From: a virus
Lineage: Duplodnaviria > Caudoviricetes
Length of the DNA: 36,333 nucleotides
Reading direction: 5' to 3' (one strand)
Virus record (IMG/VR): IMGVR_UViG_3300014168_000010
Span: 1 to 36,333 of that record
The position numbers were made by a program, and so were the translations under genes. The notes under the pieces were generated by a model that worked only from the letters and a program-made list of their open reading frames with translations, was not told where the DNA came from and searched no databases. This document shows, one piece after another, positions 8,475 to 16,286 of the stretch; position 1 is the stretch's first letter, and every line of letters starts with the position of its first letter.

Positions 8475-8770
8475 GTAAACACTTTATTGCGGGTCTTGGA
8501 CTCGGGCTATTACTAGCGGCGTGTGCTGGCGCTTCATTCCCATATCACTACTACGGCATTGACCTATCAGACTCTCTTCTTAGGGGCCCGACAACTCAAG
8601 ATGATTTAAGCTTATCAGCTACGTGTATGCCAACGTCTGGCGACGCATCCCCATGCACCGGGATCCTAACCAGTGAGTTTCTTGCTCTTAAACAGGATTA
8701 CATCAACACAAAGAACGAATTAAATAGCTGTCAACAAAAATTGGTGGCCTATGAATCTAAAGTTAATTAG
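8465..8770 (+). CDS. Lipoprotein, o-spanin candidate
   Basis: Signal peptide with lipobox LAAC; C-terminal coiled coil ending ELNSCQQK; lies in the lysis cassette. Confidence 0.6.
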   Translation: MELSKHFIAGLGLGLLLAACAGASFPYHYYGIDLSDSLLRGPTTQDDLSLSATCMPTSGDASPCTGILTSEFLALKQDYINTKNELNSCQQKLVAYESKVN

Positions 8771-9149
8771 ACAGACTTTTGCGCTTTATGGGATTGAAGG
8801 CGAGTTGTTTGACGATAAAGGGCTTCATGTTTGTTTCACGCTCGAGCATGCCTATCAACAGGCCGATGGCTCTTATCAGCCCAAGGTCCCACCAGGCATC
8901 TATATCTGTCAGCGTGGTCAGCACCGGCTAGAAGGCATGAACAATAGCTTTGAGACATTTGAAATCACGAATGTGCCCGGACACACCAATATTTTGGTCC
9001 ATAAGGGTAATTATAATAATGATTCCGAAGGGTGCGTTTTAGTCGGCGCAGCGCTCGGCGTTGGATGCATTTTAGAGAGTGCAATAGCGTTTGGGTCATT
9101 TTTACAACTCCAAGAGGGATTGGATTCGTTTACCTTGACGATTCAATAG
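8751..9149 (+). CDS. DUF5675-like protein; endolysin candidate with an L,D-transpeptidase-like His/Cys motif
   Basis: GIEGELF..CFTLE..VPPGIY..VPGHTNILVHKGN..DSEGCVLVG matches the recalled family pattern; adjacent to holin- and spanin-like genes. Confidence 0.75.
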   Translation: MNLKLIRQTFALYGIEGELFDDKGLHVCFTLEHAYQQADGSYQPKVPPGIYICQRGQHRLEGMNNSFETFEITNVPGHTNILVHKGNYNNDSEGCVLVGAALGVGCILESAIAFGSFLQLQEGLDSFTLTIQ

Positions 9150-9465
9150 TGAATTCGACCATTCGATAGCAGATAAAACCACAGCCATATTTATCACAGC
9201 CGGGCTGGCAATCGGTTCTAAGCGGCTTACTCGAAATGTTATGGTCCATGCAGTCATTGGATAGGCTACAAAGCTGTAAGAACTCCTTGCCGGCGTTCCT
9301 GAGGGCTTTGCGGCGTGCTACAGGCTCGGTCTTAGCCAATCCAATACCACAAGCCTTTACGATGTTATCCGTGCGTTGACTGGATTCATCGGTACAAAAC
9401 CAATGATCGGCCTGAGCTACTGAAGAACAAAACAATAAGACAAAGGCTGTGGTGTATTTAAACAT
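9130..9465 (-). CDS. Secreted Cys-rich protein
   Basis: GAGGGGG RBS; signal peptide MFKYTTAFVLLFCSSVAQA; 8 Cys in the mature part. Confidence 0.7.
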   Translation of the reverse strand: MFKYTTAFVLLFCSSVAQADHWFCTDESSQRTDNIVKACGIGLAKTEPVARRKALRNAGKEFLQLCSLSNDCMDHNISSKPLRTDCQPGCDKYGCGFICYRMVEFTIESSR

Positions 9466-9476
9466 AAACAACCCCC

Positions 9477-9722
9477 TCAGAAGCAGCTGGTTTGACCGCT
9501 AACGGTGGTGCAGCTCATTGGGCGAGTGGTGTTATGCCCCATTCCAGCCCAAGGGTTGCCGCGCGCTTGCCGTGCAGCTATCTCTAGACTACTTTCAGTG
9601 TAGCACTCGTTATCGCTTGAGAAGTGTTCAGCATGGTCAACGCACCAGTCATGAACCGTTTGATGTGCGCAGCCAGAGGTTAGTAATAGACCCACTAAGA
9701 TTGCCAGATTGAGTGTTTTCAT
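9477..9722 (-). CDS. Small lipoprotein
   Basis: MKTLNLAILVGLLLTSGC lipobox; four further Cys. Confidence 0.7.
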   Translation of the reverse strand: MKTLNLAILVGLLLTSGCAHQTVHDWCVDHAEHFSSDNECYTESSLEIAARQARGNPWAGMGHNTTRPMSCTTVSGQTSCF

Positions 9723-9778
9723 GCTTCCAGTATGAAGCACTTTTTACACTCTGAGAATGTGTATAGTTTTACACTGTG

Positions 9779-9877
9779 TCACCAAAAACAATAACAAAGG
9801 CTAAATGCAATACAGGATAAGGCTAGACAGAACACGAACGCTGGGATCGCATCTTCTTCTAAACTAAAATACTTCAT
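9779..9877 (-). CDS. 32-aa hydrophobic micro-protein (not in ORF track)
   Basis: MKYFSLEEDAIPAFVFCLALSCIAFSLCYCFW; ATGA-coupled to the upstream micro-ORF. Confidence 0.45.
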   Translation of the reverse strand: MKYFSLEEDAIPAFVFCLALSCIAFSLCYCFW

Positions 9878-9933
9878 TTTTTCTTCTTTCCGCAGCTACA
9901 GATAAATCCAAGACAACTCCACTTATGTTTCAT
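9874..9933 (-). CDS. 19-aa basic Cys-containing micro-protein (not in ORF track)
   Basis: MKHKWSCLGFICSCGKKKK; ATGA overlaps at both ends. Confidence 0.4.
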   Translation of the reverse strand: MKHKWSCLGFICSCGKKKK

Positions 9934-10277
9934 TTCTTATCCTTAGGTATAATCACATCCACAAGCTTGGGCCTAGCATAAGTCCCGCCCCATATCTCAA
10001 GCTTGCCTGGTCCATAATGCGCCCAGAGGCGTTTTAAGAGGTTCCATCGTTCGGTAGCCATTCCCTTGGCCTCACAGTAGATCGTCGAACCTGAGCCAAC
10101 GTCGACAAAGCTGAAGTCTATTTTAGTTGCTATCGCAGCATCGGTCAGTTCACATCTCACCTGACGCTGAATATCTGATATCTCGCCGGCCTTCTGCCTC
10201 AAGTAAAGAAGTTGATAAACGGCGGCCTCTAATCGGCTTGGAAAGTCTCCCGTGCGCTGAGCTTTATATTTATTCAT
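9930..10277 (-). CDS. DUF1064-like PD-(D/E)xK nuclease (possible resolvase)
   Basis: MNKYKAQRT..FPSRLEA..Y..L....AGEISDIQRQV..IDF..EAKG pattern. Confidence 0.75.
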   Translation of the reverse strand: MNKYKAQRTGDFPSRLEAAVYQLLYLRQKAGEISDIQRQVRCELTDAAIATKIDFSFVDVGSGSTIYCEAKGMATERWNLLKRLWAHYGPGKLEIWGGTYARPKLVDVIIPKDKK

Positions 10278-10485
10278 TTCCCCACTCCGGCTTATAGAAC
10301 TCTTCTAGCCGCCTTGACCACCGAAGGAAAGACTTTCTTTGGTCCCCCGCAGGACAAGCACAGGCAAAAGCGTATTGACTTCCGGGTGAACCAATTCGTT
10401 CTGCCCAGAAGTATCCAAGCCCCTTGCAGCACGAACACGACTTGGCCCTAATTAGATCAAAAGGCAAAACGTTTGAATCAGGCAT
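10270..10485 (-). CDS. Small Zn-binding protein
   Basis: CSCCKGLG...FACAC motif; directly follows the replication gene. Confidence 0.65.
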   Translation of the reverse strand: MPDSNVLPFDLIRAKSCSCCKGLGYFWAERIGSPGSQYAFACACPAGDQRKSFLRWSRRLEEFYKPEWGNE

Positions 10486-11233
10486 CTTCCACCAGGGTCA
10501 GACCCTCTTTCTCATAAGCATCCGCAACCAAAGAATCGTAATATGCATCCGTTTCTTCCATCCCAATATCAGCGAAAGCTTTCTCAATTTCCCTCTTATC
10601 TACTCTAATCTCTTCTTCTCTAATCTTCTCTTCTCTAATCTTCTCTTCTCTTATCTTCTCTTCTCTAGCGCCCGTGCACGTGTTTTGCGCGCCCGTGCGC
10701 GCCCGTGCATACTCCGTGAGCCTGGGTTTTCCAGCATGTCGAGCGCCATGGCATATCTTACATAACCACAATATTTCTAAAGGCTTATCGTAATCTTGGT
10801 GGTGGGCGTCCAAGAGGAAACACTCCTTCTTGCACCCATCACAACTATTTGGCTTTAGTATTTTGCCGCGTCGTACGGCGTCTTTTACACGTCGGCGCGC
10901 GCGTTGACGCCGCATCCCCTCTGCTAAAATCGCCTGAGCGCCGTCGTCTTTCGTTCCCACTATTTTTAATCGCCTCAATTTTGAAATAGCAGATTCAAGA
11001 ACTTCTTTTTTTAGGCGTCCGATTCGTTCCGCGTGACTGAAGTTTATGGCTATGGCATTGGAGCTGCTTTTGCTGGCCAAGCAGAGAAGATACAGCCACG
11101 CCAGCATTTCGTCTGACGTAAAATCGTAAAAATCGGGATCTTCAAAAAAGTTGTGTTTGAATTTAAACCAACTGGGATTGCTCACGTCTTTGCGCGGATT
11201 AATCTTATCCCATCCAAGAACTGTAATAAACAT
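10478..11233 (-). CDS. Replication initiator (lambda-O/replisome-organiser-like) with an internal HNH-like Zn module; start revised to ATG 11233
   Basis: N-terminal WFKFKHNFFEDP..WLYLLCLAS winged-helix-type pattern; CDGC..DAHHQDYDKPLEILWLCKICH; REEKI repeat linker typical of phage initiators. Confidence 0.7.
   Translation of the reverse strand: MFITVLGWDKINPRKDVSNPSWFKFKHNFFEDPDFYDFTSDEMLAWLYLLCLASKSSSNAIAINFSHAERIGRLKKEVLESAISKLRRLKIVGTKDDGAQAILAEGMRRQRARRRVKDAVRRGKILKPNSCDGCKKECFLLDAHHQDYDKPLEILWLCKICHGARHAGKPRLTEYARARTGAQNTCTGAREEKIREEKIREEKIREEEIRVDKREIEKAFADIGMEETDAYYDSLVADAYEKEGLTLVEDA
10592..10708. repeat. Candidate replication origin inside the initiator gene
   Basis: Three GCGCCCGTGC copies (10668, 10689, 10699) next to a pyrimidine-rich ~15-bp tandem repeat (TTCTCTTCTCTAATC-like). 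Confidence 0.6.
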
Positions 11234-11266
11234 TAACCCCCCAGCCAATGCGAACCCCTCTTCTTC

Positions 11267-11301
11267 AAAAGATGCCCCGAGCCGTTGAAGCAACCCGGGG
11301 C
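11267..11301 (-). terminator. Terminator/attenuator-like hairpin in the leader of the replication gene
   Basis: On the - strand a GCCCCGGG/CTCGGGGC stem is followed by ATCTTTT. Confidence 0.4.
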
Positions 11302-11339
11302 GCTGGGATTCCGTGTGAAGCGGCCAAGCTATTAAAACT

Positions 11340-11500
11340 TTTGCATGATTGCAATGTTATTTTGTAGTGGATTTTTTGACGCTTATTTAGTATTCTGAGT
11401 CTGTATCCGGCAAATAATACACAATACAAGTTTAGGGCGATGTTTTCTTGCCGGATATCATCGCTCTGGGTGCCCCCGGGGGAAACTCTGGGGGCCATCA
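11340..11500. promoter_or_regulatory. Divergent early control region with a structured rightward leader
   Basis: AT-rich gap between divergent operons; inverted repeats 11404-11413/11448-11457 and 11434-11442/11459-11467; GAAA-capped GC hairpin at 11472-11496. Confidence 0.55.
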
Positions 11501-11512
11501 AAAGGAGTAGTT

Positions 11513-11686
11513 ATGCCTTTTCAATTCGATGCATTGGCCGAACCCAAGCAAGAACCAGAAGAACATAAATGCACAGTCTATGAACCCGATTGCGATATAT
11601 GCCAGGACTGTAAAGAACATGCTGAGTTCTGTGAAGAATGCGGTTCTAACTGCTGTGGCGCCCCGCCAGTCGATTTTGGAGGATGA
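11513..11686 (+). CDS. Cys-rich acidic Zn-finger micro-protein (57 aa; not in ORF track)
   Basis: AAGGAG RBS; MPFQFDALAEPKQEPEEHKCTVYEPDCDICQDCKEHAEFCEECGSNCCGAPPVDFGG. Confidence 0.75.
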   Translation: MPFQFDALAEPKQEPEEHKCTVYEPDCDICQDCKEHAEFCEECGSNCCGAPPVDFGG

Positions 11687-11690
11687 GTAT

Positions 11691-11948
11691 ATGATATCCC
11701 CGCAAGCCCTTGCAAATGCCCTTGCAACCGATCCTGAAGCGCATAACGCCCTTTATGACTTAGCTTATGCACTCCGAGCGATTGAAATTGAGCCTGTAAA
11801 TAAAGACGATATCGAAAAACTAGAAAACCTGTGCTGGGAGACCTTCACAGATCGGATTGCTTATTTAATCACAAAGAACCGTAGGCAAGTCCTACTTGAA
11901 CAAGACAGGCCAGTAACTTCAGAAATGATCCCTGAGGATATGTTATGA
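11691..11948 (+). CDS. Hypothetical protein (start revised to ATG 11691)
   Basis: GGAGGA RBS; stop overlaps the next ATG. Confidence 0.7.
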   Translation: MISPQALANALATDPEAHNALYDLAYALRAIEIEPVNKDDIEKLENLCWETFTDRIAYLITKNRRQVLLEQDRPVTSEMIPEDML

Positions 11949-12562
11949 AAACAATCAAACTCAAGTCTGGCACCGAACTCCCCTTAAGGAATCTTAAAGG
12001 CAAAGATTACCTCGACGTGTGTTATCGCGTTGTCTGGTTTCGCGAGGAACATCCCGATTGGTCTATTACAACTGAATTCGTTTATCAGAATGATCAGTCA
12101 GCGCTTGCTAAGGCGACGATTTATACACCGAATGGTCAGATTATGGCCACGTCTCATAAAGAGGAGTCTCTTAAAGACTTTCCAGCGGGCTTTAGAGAAA
12201 AAGCAGAAACTGGAGCCATCGGACGTGCACTTGCTCTTTGCGGCTATGGTACACAGTTTGAGCCAGATTTTGATGAGGGTCAGCGAGTCGTCGATTCACC
12301 CATGCAACCCAAGGGCGCGGTTATGCCTGAGCAACCAGATCCAGGCGATGGATATCAACTCGAAGGGGTGAAGATTCCTTATGGAAAACTTGCTGGTCAA
12401 TACGTCCATATGGCCGATCCCGTAGCACTTAGGGATTATATTCTTGAGCTTGAGGAGTCTTGGAAAAAACGCGGATTAAAAGAACCGCCCAACTGGGCTA
12501 AAGCCATGGTTCAAGCCGCCGAGCCAATTATTGCAAAGTTTGAAACAGACGTTCCGTTTTGA
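11945..12562 (+). CDS. Single-strand annealing recombinase, Rad52/Sak-like
   Basis: KGKDYLDV..RV.WFR..HP..I.TE and EKAETGAIGRALA..GYG motifs; SSB-like C-terminus DVPF. Confidence 0.7.
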   Translation: MKTIKLKSGTELPLRNLKGKDYLDVCYRVVWFREEHPDWSITTEFVYQNDQSALAKATIYTPNGQIMATSHKEESLKDFPAGFREKAETGAIGRALALCGYGTQFEPDFDEGQRVVDSPMQPKGAVMPEQPDPGDGYQLEGVKIPYGKLAGQYVHMADPVALRDYILELEESWKKRGLKEPPNWAKAMVQAAEPIIAKFETDVPF

Positions 12563-12581
12563 TTTTCCTCGTCGTGGGGAA

Positions 12582-12636
12582 GGGCACGGGAAACTAAACA
12601 TTGCTAGTGTTGAACAACCCGTGCCTAGTTTTATTT
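12582..12636 (+). terminator. Putative intrinsic terminator
   Basis: GGCACGGG (12583-12590)/CCCGTGCC (12618-12625) stem with an inner AACAT/GTGTT helix, followed by TAGTTTTATTT. Confidence 0.45.
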
Positions 12637-12645
12637 GGAATATTT

Positions 12646-12801
12646 ATGAAACAATTATTCAAAGCAGTGCTTGGTTATCTCGTAACTTATCCAATCGGAC
12701 TTCTCGATAAAACGGAGCGAGACAAAAAAGAGACGCAAGAGGTGCTGAATTCGTTACTCAAAAACTTCCCCAAAGAAGGAGGCCGTGTCTATGAAGGTTA
12801 A
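12646..12801 (+). CDS. Hypothetical protein (51 aa)
   Basis: ATG 12646; overlaps the next gene. Confidence 0.5.
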   Translation: MKQLFKAVLGYLVTYPIGLLDKTERDKKETQEVLNSLLKNFPKEGGRVYEG

Positions 12802-12958
12802 ACCGATATGCCCAGGCTGCAAGACCGAGGGAAACATGGACGGAACGATGGACGGACCTATATTCTGCGGTACTTGCGGCTGGTGCGGAACATCTGAACA
12901 GATTTGGAAGTTTATGCAAGACACGGCTGCTGCTGGGGCATCGACGAAAACTGAATAA
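12791..12958 (+). CDS. Zn-ribbon micro-protein (55 aa; not in ORF track)
   Basis: AGGAGG RBS; CPGC...CGTCGW motif. Confidence 0.65.
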   Translation: MKVKPICPGCKTEGNMDGTMDGPIFCGTCGWCGTSEQIWKFMQDTAAAGASTKTE

Positions 12959-13007
12959 ATTTCACACCATATGCGCTGATGCATAGGTGAATTAGAGGAG
13001 AAGGAAA

Positions 13008-13328
13008 ATGAAAGCAAAGAAAAATGGAATCATCGGAAAACCCGTAATCGTCCGCGCAAATGTGGCGGGCGTTCATGCCGGTATCGTGGAGGCGTTTGAC
13101 CCTGCCGCGTATACAGTCACTTTGAGCGGCGCATACCGTCTGTGGAGATTCTACACCCGTGACAAGTCCGGCTCTGTCAGCGATGTAGCCGCGAATGGAC
13201 TTAAGCCGAACGGCGGACACTCAATCGGAGCGAAACTTCCATTCGTCACGATTACCAATCCGAACGGTCTTGAGATCGCCGGTATGACAGACGAAGCCTA
13301 TAAATCCGTTCAAGAATGGAAAAACTGA
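13008..13328 (+). CDS. DUF6948-like protein
   Basis: IGKPVIVRANVAGVHAG..VTL..A.RLW pattern, recalled as a family that neighbours Gly-Tyr/Asp repeat genes; GAGGAG/AAGGA RBS. Confidence 0.65.
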   Translation: MKAKKNGIIGKPVIVRANVAGVHAGIVEAFDPAAYTVTLSGAYRLWRFYTRDKSGSVSDVAANGLKPNGGHSIGAKLPFVTITNPNGLEIAGMTDEAYKSVQEWKN

Positions 13329-13338
13329 AGGCTAGGCC

Positions 13339-13809
13339 ATGAAAACAGCCGAAGAAAGATTTTGGGCAAAAGTAGATAAGAGTGGACCGCTGATTTTAAA
13401 AACTCGTTGTTGGGTTTGGACTGCTTATAAGTGCAATAGAGGCTATGGGCAATTTAAGAATTATGGGAAAATGGAAAAAGCCCATCGTTGCGCATATGCG
13501 TTCAAAAATGGAACACTTTTTCAAGAACTGTGTGTTTGTCACAAATGTGACAATCCTTCTTGCGTAAATCCAGAACATCTTTTCCTTGGTACAAAACTAG
13601 ATAATAAATTGGATTGCATACGAAAAGGACGATTGTCTCCCACGCGCGGTGAATCACATCCAAATGTAAAGCTTACTGTTCGAGAGGTTTTAGACATTAG
13701 ATCACGGCCATCTTATTTCGGGATAAACACACATCTCGCAAAAGAATTTGGCGTTAAAAAATCGGCCATTTCTAAGATCAGAACTGGAAGAACATGGAAA
13801 AACCTATGA
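13339..13809 (+). CDS. HNH homing endonuclease
   Basis: ERFWAKV..CWVW..GYG..AHR..VCHKCDNPSCVNPEHL..GT..DN; C-terminal HTH. Confidence 0.92.
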   Translation: MKTAEERFWAKVDKSGPLILKTRCWVWTAYKCNRGYGQFKNYGKMEKAHRCAYAFKNGTLFQELCVCHKCDNPSCVNPEHLFLGTKLDNKLDCIRKGRLSPTRGESHPNVKLTVREVLDIRSRPSYFGINTHLAKEFGVKKSAISKIRTGRTWKNL

Positions 13810-14251
13810 AAACCCGCAAGTTCTATAGAGATGGACTTGAGGAGACAATTGTCGGCCAAATTCGAGTCAGAGTAACTTCAGAAGGACACGTGGTCGAAAT
13901 ATATAAAACATCAGACGGTACAAAGAAATTCTTCGCCACAATAGCCGGAAGCCATTTTTGTGCGCATGGATTTTCTCTTGCTGATGCAATTGGATCGGCC
14001 CTTTGGAAAGATCCAGAACGGCGTCCGTCCATGCAATCACTCGTCGAATCTGTGAAGGATAATAAAAAACACAAGTTCACTCTGAACGAGTTTCGGCTCA
14101 TCACGGGGGCTTGCTTGACGGGATGCCGAGCCGCACTCGCTCAAGCGGGACGCGACGAGTCTCCGATGACCGCTTTCGATATCAGAGACATCGTTTCGCG
14201 CGAGTGGGGAAACAAGCTGATTTCTGTGCTCGGCTGGGAAGGGGAAAAATC

Positions 14252-14255
<4 letters not shown>
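13806..14255 (+). CDS. Conserved phage protein with AHG and TGAC..G motifs
   Basis: CAHGFSLADA...FRLITGACLTGC; ATGA overlaps on both sides. Confidence 0.7.
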
Positions 14256-14452
<197 letters not shown>

Positions 14453-14547
14453 CCTGGAAGAAACAATTGAGCATGAGTCAGCGCCATGGAAGGCGCGACA
14501 CTTATTCGGTGAATGCAACGGATAACGCAGTAAGCAAGGAGAAGAAA

Positions 14548-14796
14548 ATGACTAAAAATATTGGCAAGTGTTTGAGTTTGGAACTTGAGTTTGATGTTTT
14601 CGCGGACTTTACGCCAGCCGAGAAGGGGGATCCACAAACAATGGATGGCCCCGGATCGCCTGACTATCCGGCGCAACTTGATATTACTTCGGTTCAATTC
14701 CAAGGCGTCGAAATCAAACACCTGTTGAAACGCAAACAACTCGGAGCACTTTATGATTCGTTCGTTTCCGAATTGGAAAACGAGGATCCGTCATGA
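14548..14796 (+). CDS. Hypothetical acidic protein (start revised to ATG 14548)
   Basis: AAGGAG RBS; ATGA overlap with the next gene. Confidence 0.7.
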   Translation: MTKNIGKCLSLELEFDVFADFTPAEKGDPQTMDGPGSPDYPAQLDITSVQFQGVEIKHLLKRKQLGALYDSFVSELENEDPS

Positions 14797-15044
14797 AGTC
14801 ATGCTCCAACTGTTTCAAAATCCTTCCGGCAACGACTGAATTTTTCTACCGTAAGCTGAGCGGACTTCAGTCGCGCTGCAAGGCATGCAACGCCGAAGTG
14901 GTCCGGGGATATCTTCGCAGAAAAAGGCATCCATGGGGACAGACCGAAAGACGAAAGCGGAAGGCATCAGTTCCGGCGGTTTATGAATTTACTGCTGCCA
15001 ACAAGGTAAATGTTGATCAAGACACTACAGATTCGAGGCATTAA
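14793..15044 (+). CDS. Zn-finger protein
   Basis: CSNC..EFFY..GLQSRCKAC, resembling the N-terminal finger of phage endonucleases, with no nuclease domain following. Confidence 0.65.
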   Translation: MKSCSNCFKILPATTEFFYRKLSGLQSRCKACNAEVVRGYLRRKRHPWGQTERRKRKASVPAVYEFTAANKVNVDQDTTDSRH

Positions 15045-15425
15045 GTGAGTACGAGTTTAGAAACGAAGAGAATCATCAAACAGATTCAGGCCATGGACAA
15101 TGCCTCCGAGGATTTCTGGGAGGTGTTTCAGGTCGCAAACGAAAAATACTTCACCGTCGAAGGCGAGAAAGACGACTTCCAGCAAGCCGCAATTGCCCTG
15201 AACGCTGTTCTTCATCGCGGAGATGAGTGGATGGTTCAGGTCTGCGCGAAAATCGCAATGGAGCTGTTCAACGTAGTTCAGGAAGGAAACTCTGCCGCGC
15301 ACGGTTCCTTCGCGCTCGAACAAGGAATGTATTTCTTCGACATCTACAAAGACAAGGACGCGCTCGAATCAATTCACAAGATGTTCAAGAACGCAGTCGT
15401 GATGAAGGCGAATTCGGCCATCTAA
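15045..15425 (+). CDS. Hypothetical protein (126 aa)
   Basis: GTG start directly after the upstream stop; GAGG RBS. Confidence 0.65.
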   Translation: MSTSLETKRIIKQIQAMDNASEDFWEVFQVANEKYFTVEGEKDDFQQAAIALNAVLHRGDEWMVQVCAKIAMELFNVVQEGNSAAHGSFALEQGMYFFDIYKDKDALESIHKMFKNAVVMKANSAI

Positions 15426-15440
15426 ATAACGGAGTAAAAA

Positions 15441-15914
15441 ATGAACCTTAGAAAAGAAGCGAAAAGGGCTGCATCGTTAATTTGCGAATCTTCATGTCCG
15501 ACCGAGTCTCAAATTGATTTCATGGAGACGGTCTTGAGAGAGATTCATAACGAAGCGATAGAAGCAGCATCACAAGTTGTGTATCGGCACAGTGGTAACT
15601 GCGATGAGTTTTACGAGATACGGAAGTCATCACTGCACCGAGAGCATGAAGGAATTATGAAGAAAAGAGTCAGTTCAAGCAATTTGGCGCTGCGGTTTTA
15701 CAAGGGCGATGGCTGGACTCGTGAGTGCCTTGAGAAGTATCTCACGCGCGGGAAGCTTCTAGACACCGCAGAAACTCACGGCGACAAACCCGAGAATGCC
15801 TATTTCATTCTCGATGTCGGTGCCGCTTTGGACATGCCGAAGCTTTACGCGGAGCAAGTCAGCGAGGTTCATCGTGCCTTTAACGATCACCCGCAAATGA
15901 GTGATGTTCAGTGA
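15441..15914 (+). CDS. Hypothetical protein (157 aa)
   Basis: GGAG RBS; in line with the operon. Confidence 0.65.
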   Translation: MNLRKEAKRAASLICESSCPTESQIDFMETVLREIHNEAIEAASQVVYRHSGNCDEFYEIRKSSLHREHEGIMKKRVSSSNLALRFYKGDGWTRECLEKYLTRGKLLDTAETHGDKPENAYFILDVGAALDMPKLYAEQVSEVHRAFNDHPQMSDVQ

Positions 15915-15962
15915 CGTATGCGCAGCGGGCAACCGTCCCCGAACTGTGATAGGAAGGGTTTC

Positions 15963-16265
15963 ATGGAAGAAAAAGAGTTTAAGCGACTTTACCAAGGTGA
16001 TTGGGTAGACCATCGCCCGATCCTCATTGTTGCCGGAAGGCAGACTGAGTTCATTCACTACATGGAGACTCTGGCGAAGGACGCCAAGGCGGTCGTTCGT
16101 AAAGGCGGGGAGTGGGAACTCGATGGGCAGCCCTACTATTTCGTCAATCGCATGGAACAGATGCGTGGCATCAGAGCAAAGGATGTCCAATTCATCGGGA
16201 CTTTCTACGAGCTTCGGAACGTGTCCGATATGGAAATATACGCGAAGGTTTGTACGCAATACTGA
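15963..16265 (+). CDS. Hypothetical protein (start probably ATG 15963)
   Basis: GGAAGGG RBS; last ORF of the rightward operon. Confidence 0.6.
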   Translation: MEEKEFKRLYQGDWVDHRPILIVAGRQTEFIHYMETLAKDAKAVVRKGGEWELDGQPYYFVNRMEQMRGIRAKDVQFIGTFYELRNVSDMEIYAKVCTQY

Positions 16266-16286
16266 TGCGTGAGAGGCAAATGTAAG

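Noticed and set aside
11529-11690. N-terminal extension of the 139-aa ORF
   Set aside because: It overlaps a better-supported 57-aa ORF in another frame, and ATG 11691 has its own RBS.
14467-14502. Hammerhead-like ATGAGTC...GAC
   Set aside because: It lacks the CTGA and GAAA conserved core.
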